Shown here: positions 9,812 through 18,444 of the stretch, one piece after another
Numbering within the stretch: position 1 is the first letter of the stretch
Layout of the letters: each line of letters starts with the position of its first letter
Program-made: the position numbers and the translations under genes
Assembly (NCBI RefSeq): GCF_000155895.1
Contig: NZ_DS995298.1
Span: forward strand, 1,080,001 to 1,112,000
Source: Candidatus Pelagibacter sp. HTCC7211
GTDB taxonomy: Bacteria; Pseudomonadota; Alphaproteobacteria; Pelagibacterales; Pelagibacteraceae
Direction of reading: 5' to 3'
Length of the DNA: 32,000 bases
Notes under the pieces: generated by a model
What the model saw: only the letters and a program-made list of their open reading frames with translations
Told to the model about the DNA's origin: nothing
The model's database searches: none

Positions 9812-10220
9812 TTTTTTTATATTTTTTATATTAATTTTTTTTACATTTCTCAAACTAGATGCTGAAATAATTATATTAAGTAAATGTGATCATAAAGAAG
9901 ATGGTTTTTTAAAAAATGAATACATTTTAGATTTAAAAAAATCATTAATGACAAGAAATTATGTTTACAATGATAAAACATTTAAAAAATATAGAATTAC
10001 TGATTTGTCAGTAATGAAAAAAAATACCACAACAAAATTTATATATAAAGAAGACAACAAAATATTTACAGATAAAATTGGTTATCCTCAATTTTATACT
10101 CAATTAGTTTTCGAATTAGAAAATTCAAATATAATGATTAAAACTGTGATTAATGAAGAGGTTGGAATTTCATTAATGTCTGAGTGTAAAAAAATTGAAA
10201 GATTTGAAAAAGAAAGTTAG
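9798..10220 (+). CDS. Hypothetical secreted protein (140 aa)
   Basis: N-terminal signal-peptide-like segment (MKKNNFFIFFILIFFTFLKLDA) and two Cys residues. I recognise no family motif. Confidence 0.6.
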   Translation: MKKNNFFIFFILIFFTFLKLDAEIIILSKCDHKEDGFLKNEYILDLKKSLMTRNYVYNDKTFKKYRITDLSVMKKNTTTKFIYKEDNKIFTDKIGYPQFYTQLVFELENSNIMIKTVINEEVGISLMSECKKIERFEKES

Positions 10221-10345
10221 TTTTTCTTTTTATTTTTTTTTAAAAAACTTTTATTCTTAGAATTAAATCTACTATTTGTGATACTGCTTCTATGTTTAGC
10301 ATAAGCTTGTTTTTGAGCTTGTTTCATAGCTTTTTTAGAAGACAT
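10217..10345 (-). CDS. Possible very basic small protein (42 aa)
   Basis: Hand translation of the reverse strand gives MSSKKAMKQAQKQAYAKHRSSITNSRFNSKNKSFLKKNKKKN. It starts 11 nt after the upstream histidine-phosphatase stop and almost exactly fills the 136-nt convergent gap. Its stop overlaps the stop of the 140-aa plus-strand ORF by 4 nt. Confidence 0.3.
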   Translation of the reverse strand: MSSKKAMKQAQKQAYAKHRSSITNSRFNSKNKSFLKKNKKKN

Positions 10346-10356
10346 AATAAATCATA

Positions 10357-10911
10357 TTAATATTCAGTTTTAATTGTATCAATAACTTTAAAATCTTTAT
10401 TAGAAACAATTATCTCTCCTGAGGATGGAGTATAATTTAAACTTTCAGAAATTACGACATAATGAGTGACAAAAATCAAATTTTTGTTTTCATCCCAATT
10501 TTTAATAAACTTTTTTAATTTTTTCATTTGAGAATCTTTATTTTTAGCAAATTGTGAACTAAAAAAAGAATTCAAAAAATTTTTTGTTTCATATTTGTTG
10601 AAAGCTATTGAAGCGGTTTCTTTGCATCTACACCATTCACTTGAATAAACTTTATCAATTGGAATTTTATTATCTTGAAAAAAATTTCCTATTTTTCTAG
10701 CTTGATCTCTTCCAGATGGACTCAAATTACGCTGCGTATTACAATCATATAAATTAAAATTTTCTGGATCTCCTCCACCAGGGGCATAAGCATGTCTAAT
10801 AAAAATTAGTTTTCCACCTTTTTTAAGTTCAGTAATTAAGTTTTGATTTGACTCTGCTTTAATTGGTAAATTAATAATAAATATTATTAATAAAAATTTT
10901 AAAAATTTCAT
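10357..10911 (-). CDS. Histidine phosphatase (phosphoglycerate-mutase-like) family protein, secreted/periplasmic
   Basis: 184 aa with a signal peptide (MKFLKFLLIIFIINLPIKA). It has the catalytic RH motif in LIFIRHAYAPGG, an LSPSGRDQA block and a C-terminal VTHYVV His block. Confidence 0.8.
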   Translation of the reverse strand: MKFLKFLLIIFIINLPIKAESNQNLITELKKGGKLIFIRHAYAPGGGDPENFNLYDCNTQRNLSPSGRDQARKIGNFFQDNKIPIDKVYSSEWCRCKETASIAFNKYETKNFLNSFFSSQFAKNKDSQMKKLKKFIKNWDENKNLIFVTHYVVISESLNYTPSSGEIIVSNKDFKVIDTIKTEY

Positions 10912-10913
10912 TA

Positions 10914-11594
10914 ATGAGTATTAAATTTAAAAATATAAATAAGACAATTATTAAATGCAAAAAATGTCCAAGATTAGTTGAATTTATAAAAAAAATTTCT
11001 ACTAATAAAAGAAAACAAAATATTAATGAAACTTATTGGGGTAAGCCAGTTACTGGATTTGGAGATATTAATGCCAAGATCTTAATATTAGGCCTTGCTC
11101 CAGCGGCCCATGGTGGCACAAGAACTGGTAGAGCTTTTACAGGTGATAAATCAGGGGAATTTTTATTTAAATGTCTTCATGAAGTAAAAATAGCAAATCA
11201 ATCTAGGTCGGAAAATATAAATGATAATCTTAAACTTGATGATGCTTATATAACTAATATTTTAAAATGTGTGCCTCCAAACGATAAACCACTTAAAGAT
11301 GAGCTAAATAACTGTTCCAAATATTTTGATTTTGAAATCAAGAATTTAAAAAAATTAAAAACTATTATCGCTCTAGGAAAAGTAGCTTTTGATAGTTGCA
11401 TTAAACATTACAAAAAAAGATATAAAATTAATAAAAAAATAGTTTTTAAACATGGCAAATTCTATTTAATGCCTGATAATATTGTTTTAATTTCTTGTTA
11501 TCATCCAAGTCCACGAAATGTAAACACAAAATTAATATCGTTAAAAATGATGGTTAATTTATTTAAAAAAGTGAAACGGATATCTAAAGTTTGA
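10914..11594 (+). CDS. Uracil-DNA glycosylase superfamily protein (family 4/5, UDGb-like, Fe-S type)
   Basis: 226 aa with an N-terminal CKKCPRL Cys pair, motif A GLAPAAHGGTRTGRAFTGD (the GLAPA form recalls family 5 rather than GEAPG of family 4) and motif B YHPSPRN. Confidence 0.85.
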   Translation: MSIKFKNINKTIIKCKKCPRLVEFIKKISTNKRKQNINETYWGKPVTGFGDINAKILILGLAPAAHGGTRTGRAFTGDKSGEFLFKCLHEVKIANQSRSENINDNLKLDDAYITNILKCVPPNDKPLKDELNNCSKYFDFEIKNLKKLKTIIALGKVAFDSCIKHYKKRYKINKKIVFKHGKFYLMPDNIVLISCYHPSPRNVNTKLISLKMMVNLFKKVKRISKV

Positions 11595-12006
11595 TACTGT
11601 CACAGAAATAAGGTTTAAAATTATTAAAAATTATTTCAGGTACTTTAATTGGTTTACTTTTATCATTAACAAATACCAAATGAACCTGCGCTTCAACTAT
11701 AATATTGTCATCTTTTGATATAAATTGATTCATAACGAATGATGTTTTGGTTACTGATTTTATAAAAGATCTTATATTTAAATTATCCTCTAGATATGCA
11801 GATTTTTTAAATTCAATGTTGCAAGATTTAACAATAATCAATGCTCCAAATTTTTCTTTAATTTGTAAATTACTAAGACCAATGGTTCTTAAAGCCTCAG
11901 TTCTAGCTCTTTCAAGATATTTTAGATAATTTGCATAATATACAATTCCACCTGCATCAGTGTCCTCATAATAGACTTTTACAGTATGGTAAAAATTTTC
12001 ATGCAT
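11584..12006 (-). CDS. ybgC: YbgC-type acyl-CoA thioesterase (hotdog fold)
   Basis: 140 aa. VKVYYEDTDAGGIVYYANYLKYLERARTEALR closely mirrors the E. coli YbgC N-terminal catalytic block (YYEDTDAGGVVYHARY). Confidence 0.85.
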   Translation of the reverse strand: MHENFYHTVKVYYEDTDAGGIVYYANYLKYLERARTEALRTIGLSNLQIKEKFGALIIVKSCNIEFKKSAYLEDNLNIRSFIKSVTKTSFVMNQFISKDDNIIVEAQVHLVFVNDKSKPIKVPEIIFNNFKPYFCDSIKL

Positions 12007-12053
12007 AAAAATACTTTATCAAATAAAATTAAAATTTAACATAAACTTAGATA

Positions 12054-12704
12054 TTATTTTGATGAAAAATAAATATTTTGGAAGTAACTAACTGTTTTTA
12101 ATTTTGAATTATCAGTATCAGCCATTATTGCTACTCCATCTAATTCTTTAACATTTAAATTATGAAATTCTTTAAAATCCTCTTTTACATTTGCTTTTAC
12201 TGTAACCCATTCATTTAAATTTTCTTTGGTTGTAGCCAAAACATTATCTATAGATTTTTTTGTATACGGACTTGGAAAATTTTCTCCAACATCATTATTA
12301 CTTGAAAAAACATAATTTATTGCCCTATTTGACAAAGGTGTTGCTCCAGTTTTTTTTATGACAAAAACACGAGCTGCAAAATCATGACCTTTTTTTGTAT
12401 TTTCTTTAATACCTTTCAAATCTGTCTCTACTTTCCATGTAATGTTAATTATTGGTGTTTTGTCTAAATTAATTTTTACCTTTTTACCTAAACCAGATGC
12501 TGAATTATCAGCAACTGCTTTTAAAAAGTTACCATTTTCGTCTAATCCGACAGAATAAAGTGTTTTATTATCAGCACCTCTTACCTTTCTTACTTCCAGT
12601 TTGTTAAGTTCAGATTCAGTAAATTCAAATATCTTTATATTCTCTGCTTTTATAGGTGTGCATAGCAGTAAAAAAGTTAAAGTTAGGATATAAAATTTTA
12701 TCAT
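12054..12704 (-). CDS. DUF3047-like secreted protein
   Basis: 216 aa with a signal peptide. The block pattern NSASGL ... WKV ... GHDFAARVFV ... INYVFSS ... WVTVKANVKEDF ... VAIMADTDNS matches my recollection of PF11249. This was not searched. Confidence 0.65.
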   Translation of the reverse strand: MIKFYILTLTFLLLCTPIKAENIKIFEFTESELNKLEVRKVRGADNKTLYSVGLDENGNFLKAVADNSASGLGKKVKINLDKTPIINITWKVETDLKGIKENTKKGHDFAARVFVIKKTGATPLSNRAINYVFSSNNDVGENFPSPYTKKSIDNVLATTKENLNEWVTVKANVKEDFKEFHNLNVKELDGVAIMADTDNSKLKTVSYFQNIYFSSK

Positions 12705-12794
12705 AAAAAAACTTATAGATTATTTTTTTTTAAATACAACTTTTGGACATTTTTTAAACATTCTTAAATCAATATTTCCCATTAAATTAAAAAA

Positions 12795-12932
12795 ATGAAA
12801 ACAATTTCTATTTTTATGTTGTTAATATACTGGTCTGTTATAATTTTTGCTCCAGTTTTATCAAATGCTCATAATTTAAATAATGATGATAGAATTGAAA
12901 TAGTAAATCTTACCTACAAAATTAATAAGTAG
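12795..12932 (+). CDS. Speculative small secreted peptide ORF (45 aa)
   Basis: Hand translation gives MKTISIFMLLIYWSVIIFAPVLSNAHNLNNDDRIEIVNLTYKINK, with a signal-peptide-like N-terminus. It lies in a 217-nt spacer and overlaps the SDR stop by 11 nt. The only support is ORF integrity and hydrophobicity. Confidence 0.2.
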   Translation: MKTISIFMLLIYWSVIIFAPVLSNAHNLNNDDRIEIVNLTYKINK

Positions 12933-13668
12933 ATCTACCACCACTGATATCAAATACCGCTGCAGTAGAAAACGAATTTTCCTCAGAACAAAGCCAACAT
13001 ACTAGTGAAGTAAACTCGTGAATTTCTAAAAATCTACCTCTAGGAACCTTTGATAGCATACGTTGTACATGCTCTTTACTCATTTGATCTAAAATTCTTG
13101 TTTTGGCTCCTGCTGGAGTAACTGCATTAACTGCTATATTATAATCTGCTAATTCTTTACCTAGTGACTTAGTGAGACCAATAGCTCCTGCTTTTCCAGA
13201 ACTATATGCACTAGCATTAGCATTTCCATCTTTACCAGCTACAGATGCAACATTAACTATTCTACCGTAATTATTCTTGATCATGTTGGGTGCTATCGCT
13301 CTACAGCAATTAAATGTTCCCATTAAGTTTATTTGAACAATCTTATTCCATTCATCTACATCATATTCCCATAATGGCGCTGTAGGACCTGTTATACCTG
13401 CATTATTAATTAAGATATCAATATTTGTTTTTAAAGTTATTTGATTAATATTTTGCTCAATTTGAGAGTAATTAGATACATCAACCACATTGTAACTCAA
13501 ATTTTCATTATTTACTTCACTGGACGCTGATTTAAGAAGTTTTTCATCTATATCCCAAATAATAACTTTGGCTCCAGATTCTAAAAATCGTTTTGCAATA
13601 TCAAGTCCAAAACCTTGTCCACCTCCAGTTATAACAGCTGTTCTATTTTTAAAATCAAATTTGTTCAT
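12922..13668 (-). CDS. Short-chain dehydrogenase/reductase (classical SDR, FabG-like)
   Basis: 248 aa with TGGGQGFG (cofactor-binding), NNAG and the catalytic S...YSSGK motif. Confidence 0.9.
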   Translation of the reverse strand: MNKFDFKNRTAVITGGGQGFGLDIAKRFLESGAKVIIWDIDEKLLKSASSEVNNENLSYNVVDVSNYSQIEQNINQITLKTNIDILINNAGITGPTAPLWEYDVDEWNKIVQINLMGTFNCCRAIAPNMIKNNYGRIVNVASVAGKDGNANASAYSSGKAGAIGLTKSLGKELADYNIAVNAVTPAGAKTRILDQMSKEHVQRMLSKVPRGRFLEIHEFTSLVCWLCSEENSFSTAAVFDISGGRSTY

Positions 13669-13672
13669 AAAT

Positions 13673-15187
13673 TTATTTTTTTGCTAGCAAATAATATGTA
13701 ACTGAAGAAATAATCAAGCCTATTATCCATGCGTAAGATTGTAAAAACATCATATTCATATTCCAGATTGTTGATGCGGAGAAAATAAACCCTAAAAATA
13801 TAGAGTAAACTGCTTTAATATGCCATCCTTTTGAATAATAATAAATGCTTTTATTTTCAGATGAATAGAGATCTTTATTACTTAAATCTGCATCTTTAAT
13901 TAAATAAAAATCAATAATGACTACACCAACTATTGGACCAAAAAAAGATGCAAACGTATCAATAAAAGATAAAATTCCTATCTGACTCAACAAAGTTAGC
14001 CAAAAAATCCCAACGACAAATCCAATTACAGAAATTGTATAACTTGAGCTTTTTAAAGTTAAATTATTAGGCATAAAATTTATTAGTGAATATTGTGAAG
14101 GAATAAAGTTTGCCACTAAATTAGTTGAAATAGATGCCACAATTATAAAAAAAAGTACTACAACTGTGATTTGCAAGTTATCAAATTTACCTATTATATC
14201 AGTTGGATTTGTAAAGATTTGATTAATATCTTCAAACTTTTGATTTAAAAAAATATCTGAACCAACAACAATAAAAACTGCTGCAAAAGAGAATAAAACT
14301 AAATTAGCAATTAAACTTAAATTACCTTTTTTTAAATTTTTTTCATCCTTGATGTATCTTGAGAAGTCACCAAAACTAATAATGATAATTGAAAAATATG
14401 CAAAAATTGTACCAGCTACTGTAAGTAAAGGAGCTATATTGGTTTCATCAAAAAAATTACTTAAATCTAAAATATCAACAAATGCTTTTGAGGTAATTTT
14501 TACATCACTTAAAAAAACTACAAAGAAAAATAAAATCATTCCAACATAAACTGTAATTGCTGAAATATTTATCAATTTTTTATTAAACTGGATGCCTACG
14601 CTGAACATTAAAGTCTGAAAAGAAATAACAATTACAAATGATATCCAATCAATGATATTTAATCCCAATAAAAATGTAAGTAAAATTTCATTTTCTAAAA
14701 GTGATTTATCTATCGAGAAAATTAAAATCCTAATTAAATAACTAATAGCTTTTGATAAAAAATAGGTTTGAATACCAAACATAAATATTCCAACCAAACT
14801 TCTGATTAATCCAAAAAATTTTGCACCCCTAAAACCTAGAGATGATCTTAAAAGCACCGCAAATGGTAAGCCAAATTTTTGAGATGGTTTTCCAATTAAA
14901 TTACAAAATAAATAAACGAAGAATGACCCTAAAATAGTGCCAAAAAAAACAACAAAGGTATTTAAGCTATAAATAGTGTATAATGAGGCAATTAAAGAAA
15001 ATCCTATAACGCTTTGAACATTAACACCCCAAAAACAAAAAAGATCTTTCCAATCCCAAGTTTTATAATTTGGATTAACTGTAACTAAATCCCAATTAGA
15101 AAGAGAGTATTTAACTTTTGGCTGATTCACTAAGAATAATATTAAACTAATAATCTCTACTGTCCATATAGATAGGCTGGTAACCAC
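13673..15187 (-). CDS. NCS1-family (nucleobase/hydantoin/vitamin:cation symporter-1) permease
   Basis: 504-aa protein with about 12 TM segments. The N-terminal SNWDLVTVNPNYKTWDW resembles the N-x-DL-x-P...R-x-W opening of NCS1 permeases. The start is GTG at 15187 (31-nt overlap with the upstream dctM-like gene) or, more conservatively, GTG at 15130. There is no in-frame ATG near the N-terminus. Confidence 0.7.
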   Translation of the reverse strand: MVTSLSIWTVEIISLILFLVNQPKVKYSLSNWDLVTVNPNYKTWDWKDLFCFWGVNVQSVIGFSLIASLYTIYSLNTFVVFFGTILGSFFVYLFCNLIGKPSQKFGLPFAVLLRSSLGFRGAKFFGLIRSLVGIFMFGIQTYFLSKAISYLIRILIFSIDKSLLENEILLTFLLGLNIIDWISFVIVISFQTLMFSVGIQFNKKLINISAITVYVGMILFFFVVFLSDVKITSKAFVDILDLSNFFDETNIAPLLTVAGTIFAYFSIIIISFGDFSRYIKDEKNLKKGNLSLIANLVLFSFAAVFIVVGSDIFLNQKFEDINQIFTNPTDIIGKFDNLQITVVVLFFIIVASISTNLVANFIPSQYSLINFMPNNLTLKSSSYTISVIGFVVGIFWLTLLSQIGILSFIDTFASFFGPIVGVVIIDFYLIKDADLSNKDLYSSENKSIYYYSKGWHIKAVYSIFLGFIFSASTIWNMNMMFLQSYAWIIGLIISSVTYYLLAKK

Positions 15188-16491
15188 AATGCAATTTTAG
15201 GAAATATAATTATTACAACTAGACCTATCACTTGAATAACCATAAATTGCATCATTCCATAATAGATATCCTTTAAATCCCATTCAGGAACTACACCCTT
15301 CAAGAAATATGCCGAGAGTGCTACTGGAGGAGATAGCCAGGCAGTCTGAAGATTGACCGCTACTAGAATTGCAAACCATGTTAAATTAAATCCTAAAGCT
15401 TCAACTAAAGGTAATATTATTGGAATAATAATCATTACTATTGGTACCCATTCTAAAGGCCAGCCTAAAAGAAAAATCATCACCATAATTAAAGCCAAGA
15501 TTAAATATTTATTCATCTCTAGACTTAACAAAAAGTCTGTTAGTAACATTGGTGTTCCTAATCTTGAAAACACTGCCCCAAAGAAGTTTGAAGCTGCAAC
15601 TAGAACCATAATTAACGCAGAAATTTCAAGAGTTTTAACTAAAGCATCTTGTAATTTTTTAAATGTTAATTTTTTATATCCTAAAGCTAAAATTAAAGAA
15701 CCCATTGCACCACATCCCGCTGCTTCTGTTGGTGTTGCAAATCCAAAAAGAATACTTCCAAGGGCTGCAAAGACTAATGCTGCTGGTGGAACTAAACCTA
15801 AAAAAAATTCAATCCAAACAGCTTTCATACTGGTCGCTCTTAGTTCAGGTGGTAATACTGGTCCAAGACTTGGATCCAACCAGCATCTAATAGTAGTGTA
15901 TGCGGCATAGAGAGTTGCAAGTAAAACTCCTGGTATAATTGCTGCTGCAAATAAATCTGTAACTGGTATTTCCATAATTGGGCCCATTACTACAAGCATA
16001 ATACTTGGAGGAATTAATATACCCAAAGTTCCACCAGCAGTAATTGTTCCTGCTGCTAATCTTACATTATAACCTGATCTATTCATTGATTTAGCTGCCA
16101 TGATACCAAGTATAGTTACTGATGCTCCTACAATTCCTGTAGCAGCAGCAAAAACTACAGAAACAAATAATACTGCGTAATATAACGATCCTCTAACCTT
16201 AGCTAACATTAATTGAAAAGCTGAAAACAATCTTTCCATTAATCCAGCTTGCTCCATCATAATTCCCATAAAGACAAAGAGTGGGACTGCCGCCAGTGTT
16301 TGTTCGGTCATAACCATAGAAAACTGTAAAGTCATTAGATAAAAAACTAATTTTCCAAAACCTAGATAGCCAAATACAAATCCAAGAAAAATTAAAGTAA
16401 ATGAAATTGGAAACCCAACAAAAATTGAAAAAAGCATTACTCCAATTAAAATAAAACCTAAAATTTCAGGAGCTATAAATTCAGATATCAT
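15157..16491 (-). CDS. TRAP transporter large permease subunit (DctM family, 'mannitol/chloroaromatic' COG4664-like type)
   Basis: 444-aa polytopic protein with DctM-type blocks (GTLGILIPPSIMLVV, WLSPPVALSAYF). Its ATG directly abuts the small-subunit stop. Confidence 0.9.
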   Translation of the reverse strand: MISEFIAPEILGFILIGVMLFSIFVGFPISFTLIFLGFVFGYLGFGKLVFYLMTLQFSMVMTEQTLAAVPLFVFMGIMMEQAGLMERLFSAFQLMLAKVRGSLYYAVLFVSVVFAAATGIVGASVTILGIMAAKSMNRSGYNVRLAAGTITAGGTLGILIPPSIMLVVMGPIMEIPVTDLFAAAIIPGVLLATLYAAYTTIRCWLDPSLGPVLPPELRATSMKAVWIEFFLGLVPPAALVFAALGSILFGFATPTEAAGCGAMGSLILALGYKKLTFKKLQDALVKTLEISALIMVLVAASNFFGAVFSRLGTPMLLTDFLLSLEMNKYLILALIMVMIFLLGWPLEWVPIVMIIIPIILPLVEALGFNLTWFAILVAVNLQTAWLSPPVALSAYFLKGVVPEWDLKDIYYGMMQFMVIQVIGLVVIIIFPKIALWLPAYLYGQ

Positions 16492-17130
16492 TTATTCTTC
16501 GCCTCCTGGCCAAACACCTTTAGTTGCAGCCCAATAACTTTTGAATAATTCTGAAATACCCTGGATAATTAGAAAAACTATTCCAAACCATAAAGAAGCT
16601 TTAATTGGCCACATATATGGCATCCAAGCTGTATCCATTCCCCGCTCGCCTCTCATTATCGACTCTTGAACAAATCCAGTGGTCATATAAAGAAAAACTA
16701 TTAATCCTGGAAAATAAAATAATAGATATAACCAAAAATCTATTCTCCCTTGAGTTTTGGTTTTAAAATTTCGATATAAAAAATCTGCTCTAATATGAAC
16801 ACCCTTTGAGAGCGCATATCCTGCGCCTAACATAAATAAAGCTCCATACATAAATCTACTCATGTCATAAGCCCACATAGTTGGAGCAGTGAATAATTTT
16901 CTTGCAAGAACCTCATAAGTCATTGCTAATATTAATGGAATTGTTATCCAGCAAACAACATTGCCAACCCATTTACTAAACAAATCTATTTTTGTAATTG
17001 AAGATGCCATCCACTTTGGCATATTTTTAGGCATTGACCCTGACCCACCTCTTCTCTCAGCTATCATTTCGTCTGAAATATCAAGCTTCTTAGGTTTAAT
17101 TGGTTTTTTTGATTTATTGTTTCTTGGCAT
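16492..17130 (-). CDS. TRAP transporter small permease subunit (DctQ family), with a basic ~45-aa N-terminal extension
   Basis: 212 aa with 4 hydrophobic helices after a hydrophilic N-terminus (MPRNNKSKKPIKPKK...). The true start could be an internal Met (M33, M37 or M41). Confidence 0.8.
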   Translation of the reverse strand: MPRNNKSKKPIKPKKLDISDEMIAERRGGSGSMPKNMPKWMASSITKIDLFSKWVGNVVCWITIPLILAMTYEVLARKLFTAPTMWAYDMSRFMYGALFMLGAGYALSKGVHIRADFLYRNFKTKTQGRIDFWLYLLFYFPGLIVFLYMTTGFVQESIMRGERGMDTAWMPYMWPIKASLWFGIVFLIIQGISELFKSYWAATKGVWPGGEE

Positions 17131-17154
17131 TAAAAAAATTTTTTAATTAAAAAT

Positions 17155-17180
17155 AAAGCGGACAATAAATTGCCCGCTTT
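17155..17180 (-). terminator. Intercistronic hairpin plus U-rich tract between the binding-protein and membrane-subunit genes (attenuator or partial terminator)
   Basis: The minus strand reads AAAGCGGGCAA-TTTA-TTGTCCGCTTT, an 11-bp stem including one G-U pair, followed by ATTTTTAATT. It sits in the 67-nt spacer. Confidence 0.6.
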
Positions 17181-17197
17181 ATAAAAGTTTTTAGTTA

Positions 17198-18295
17198 TTA
17201 TTTTAATGTTGCTGCGTGAGCCATTCCTAGCTTAGCATTAGACATTTGAGATCCAGACCAGAAAGGTACTGCAATATCAGCAAATGCTTTTTGAGAATCC
17301 CAAACTTTTTTAAAGAATGCATTCTTTGCAGCATTTGTTTCTAAACTTTTCTTTGCAGCAGCCATATATGCTGGGAAATAGTCAGCTGGAGTGTCTTGTA
17401 ATATAACACCATGCTTAGTAGTTAACTCAGCAAGAGCTTTTCCGTTTTCATATATTCTGTAACTCATTGATTTTGATAAAGAAGCGTTTGCAGCAACTTC
17501 TAAAGCTTTCTTCTCGATTGCAGACATTTTTTTATATTTGCTACCGTTTAGATAGAAGTCAGCATTTACTACTACTTGGTGAAGACCTTGTAAGTAGTAA
17601 TTTTTTAGAACTTTGTGTAAACCAAAAACCATATCAGGTTTTGGGCAACACCATTCAGCTGCATCAATTGTTCCTGCTTCAAGAGCTGGTAGAATGTCTC
17701 CACCACCCATTGCAACAGAAGCTACACCAATATCTTTATAAGTTTGTCCTGGAATTCCTGGAGGAGTTCTGAACTTATACTTTCTAAAGTCAGCCATACT
17801 ATTAATTGGCTCTTTAAACCAACCTAGAGCTTCTGGACCAACTGGTTGTAACATAAAACCTTTGATGTCTCTTCCCATCTCACTCCATAATTGGTCGTAA
17901 AGCTCTTTACCACCACCATATTGGAACCAAGATAAGAATGCGATATTATCAATACCAACACCTGCACCTGCTACTGGCGAACCAAATAACATAGCTGCTG
18001 GATGATCACCTGACCAATAGTGAGTCCAAGCAAAACCACAATCGATAAGACCTTTATCAACTGCATCTAAAGTTTCCTTTACACCTACTACTGCTCCGGC
18101 TGGCATAATTTCAAACTTAAGTGAACCTTGAGTTAGTTCAGAAACTGTGTCAGTGAAATCTTTTAACATTTTCACTTCATCAGCTTTTGCACTAATTACT
18201 GTTTGACACTTAAGAGTTTGTGCAGAATTTGCTCCTGTAACTGTCATGACAGTTAAAAGAAGAGTTCCTACAACTAATGATATGATTTTTTTCAT
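17198..18295 (-). CDS. TRAP transporter substrate-binding protein (COG4663-like subtype), ligand unknown
   Basis: The ORF-track version starts at 18343. I place the start at ATG 18295 (MKKIISLVVGTLLLTVMTVTGANSA signal peptide) with GAGGG 9 nt upstream. The equivalent of the DctP 'GFR' carboxylate-Arg block reads LGWFKEPI here, so it is a different subtype from the first TRAP system. Confidence 0.85.
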   Translation of the reverse strand: MKKIISLVVGTLLLTVMTVTGANSAQTLKCQTVISAKADEVKMLKDFTDTVSELTQGSLKFEIMPAGAVVGVKETLDAVDKGLIDCGFAWTHYWSGDHPAAMLFGSPVAGAGVGIDNIAFLSWFQYGGGKELYDQLWSEMGRDIKGFMLQPVGPEALGWFKEPINSMADFRKYKFRTPPGIPGQTYKDIGVASVAMGGGDILPALEAGTIDAAEWCCPKPDMVFGLHKVLKNYYLQGLHQVVVNADFYLNGSKYKKMSAIEKKALEVAANASLSKSMSYRIYENGKALAELTTKHGVILQDTPADYFPAYMAAAKKSLETNAAKNAFFKKVWDSQKAFADIAVPFWSGSQMSNAKLGMAHAATLK

Positions 18296-18444
18296 ATTGT
18301 TTTTCCCTCTCATTGTTTTTTTATAAAAAAAGTACCCTCTCAAACTTTTAAAAGTATAACAAGGATTAATATCGAGTTATTTAGTTTTTTTTGGTAAAAT
18401 TGTTATTAAATAAAATAATTTAAATTATAAAGGTTCTAAACTTG

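Noticed and set aside
11584-12006. The ybgC-type thioesterase as the start of a Tol-Pal cluster
   Set aside because: No tolQ/tolR/tolA/tolB/pal follows. The downstream neighbour is the convergent UDG gene.
15353-15910. 185-aa plus-strand ORF (with nested 75-aa ORF 15663-15890) antisense to the TRAP large-permease gene
   Set aside because: It lies opposite a strongly supported DctM-family gene. Its sequence is low-complexity and Lys/Ile/Ala-rich with no motif. It is a typical shadow ORF in a relatively GC-richer, codon-biased gene.
18296-18343. N-terminal 16 codons (MRGYFFYKKTMRGKNN) of the ORF-track version of the TRAP binding protein
   Set aside because: The internal ATG at 18295 is preceded by GAGGG and begins a canonical signal peptide. 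The extension would bury that signal peptide.
15157-18343. GC-richer blocks (TRAP-2 genes here, also xsc at 27982-29766) as evidence of horizontal transfer
   Set aside because: Spot counts of about 42% GC against 18-25% GC elsewhere are explained adequately by conserved, Gly/Ala/Pro-rich membrane or enzyme sequence. There are no flanking repeats, tRNA-adjacent integration scars or mobility genes.
18344-18355. 12-bp perfect palindrome ACTTTTAAAAGT in the TRAP/GMC divergent spacer
   Set aside because: It is almost pure A/T. A rough estimate gives a non-negligible chance (order 0.1) of such a palindrome in a 150-bp AT-rich spacer. It might be an operator, but on its own it is not significant.
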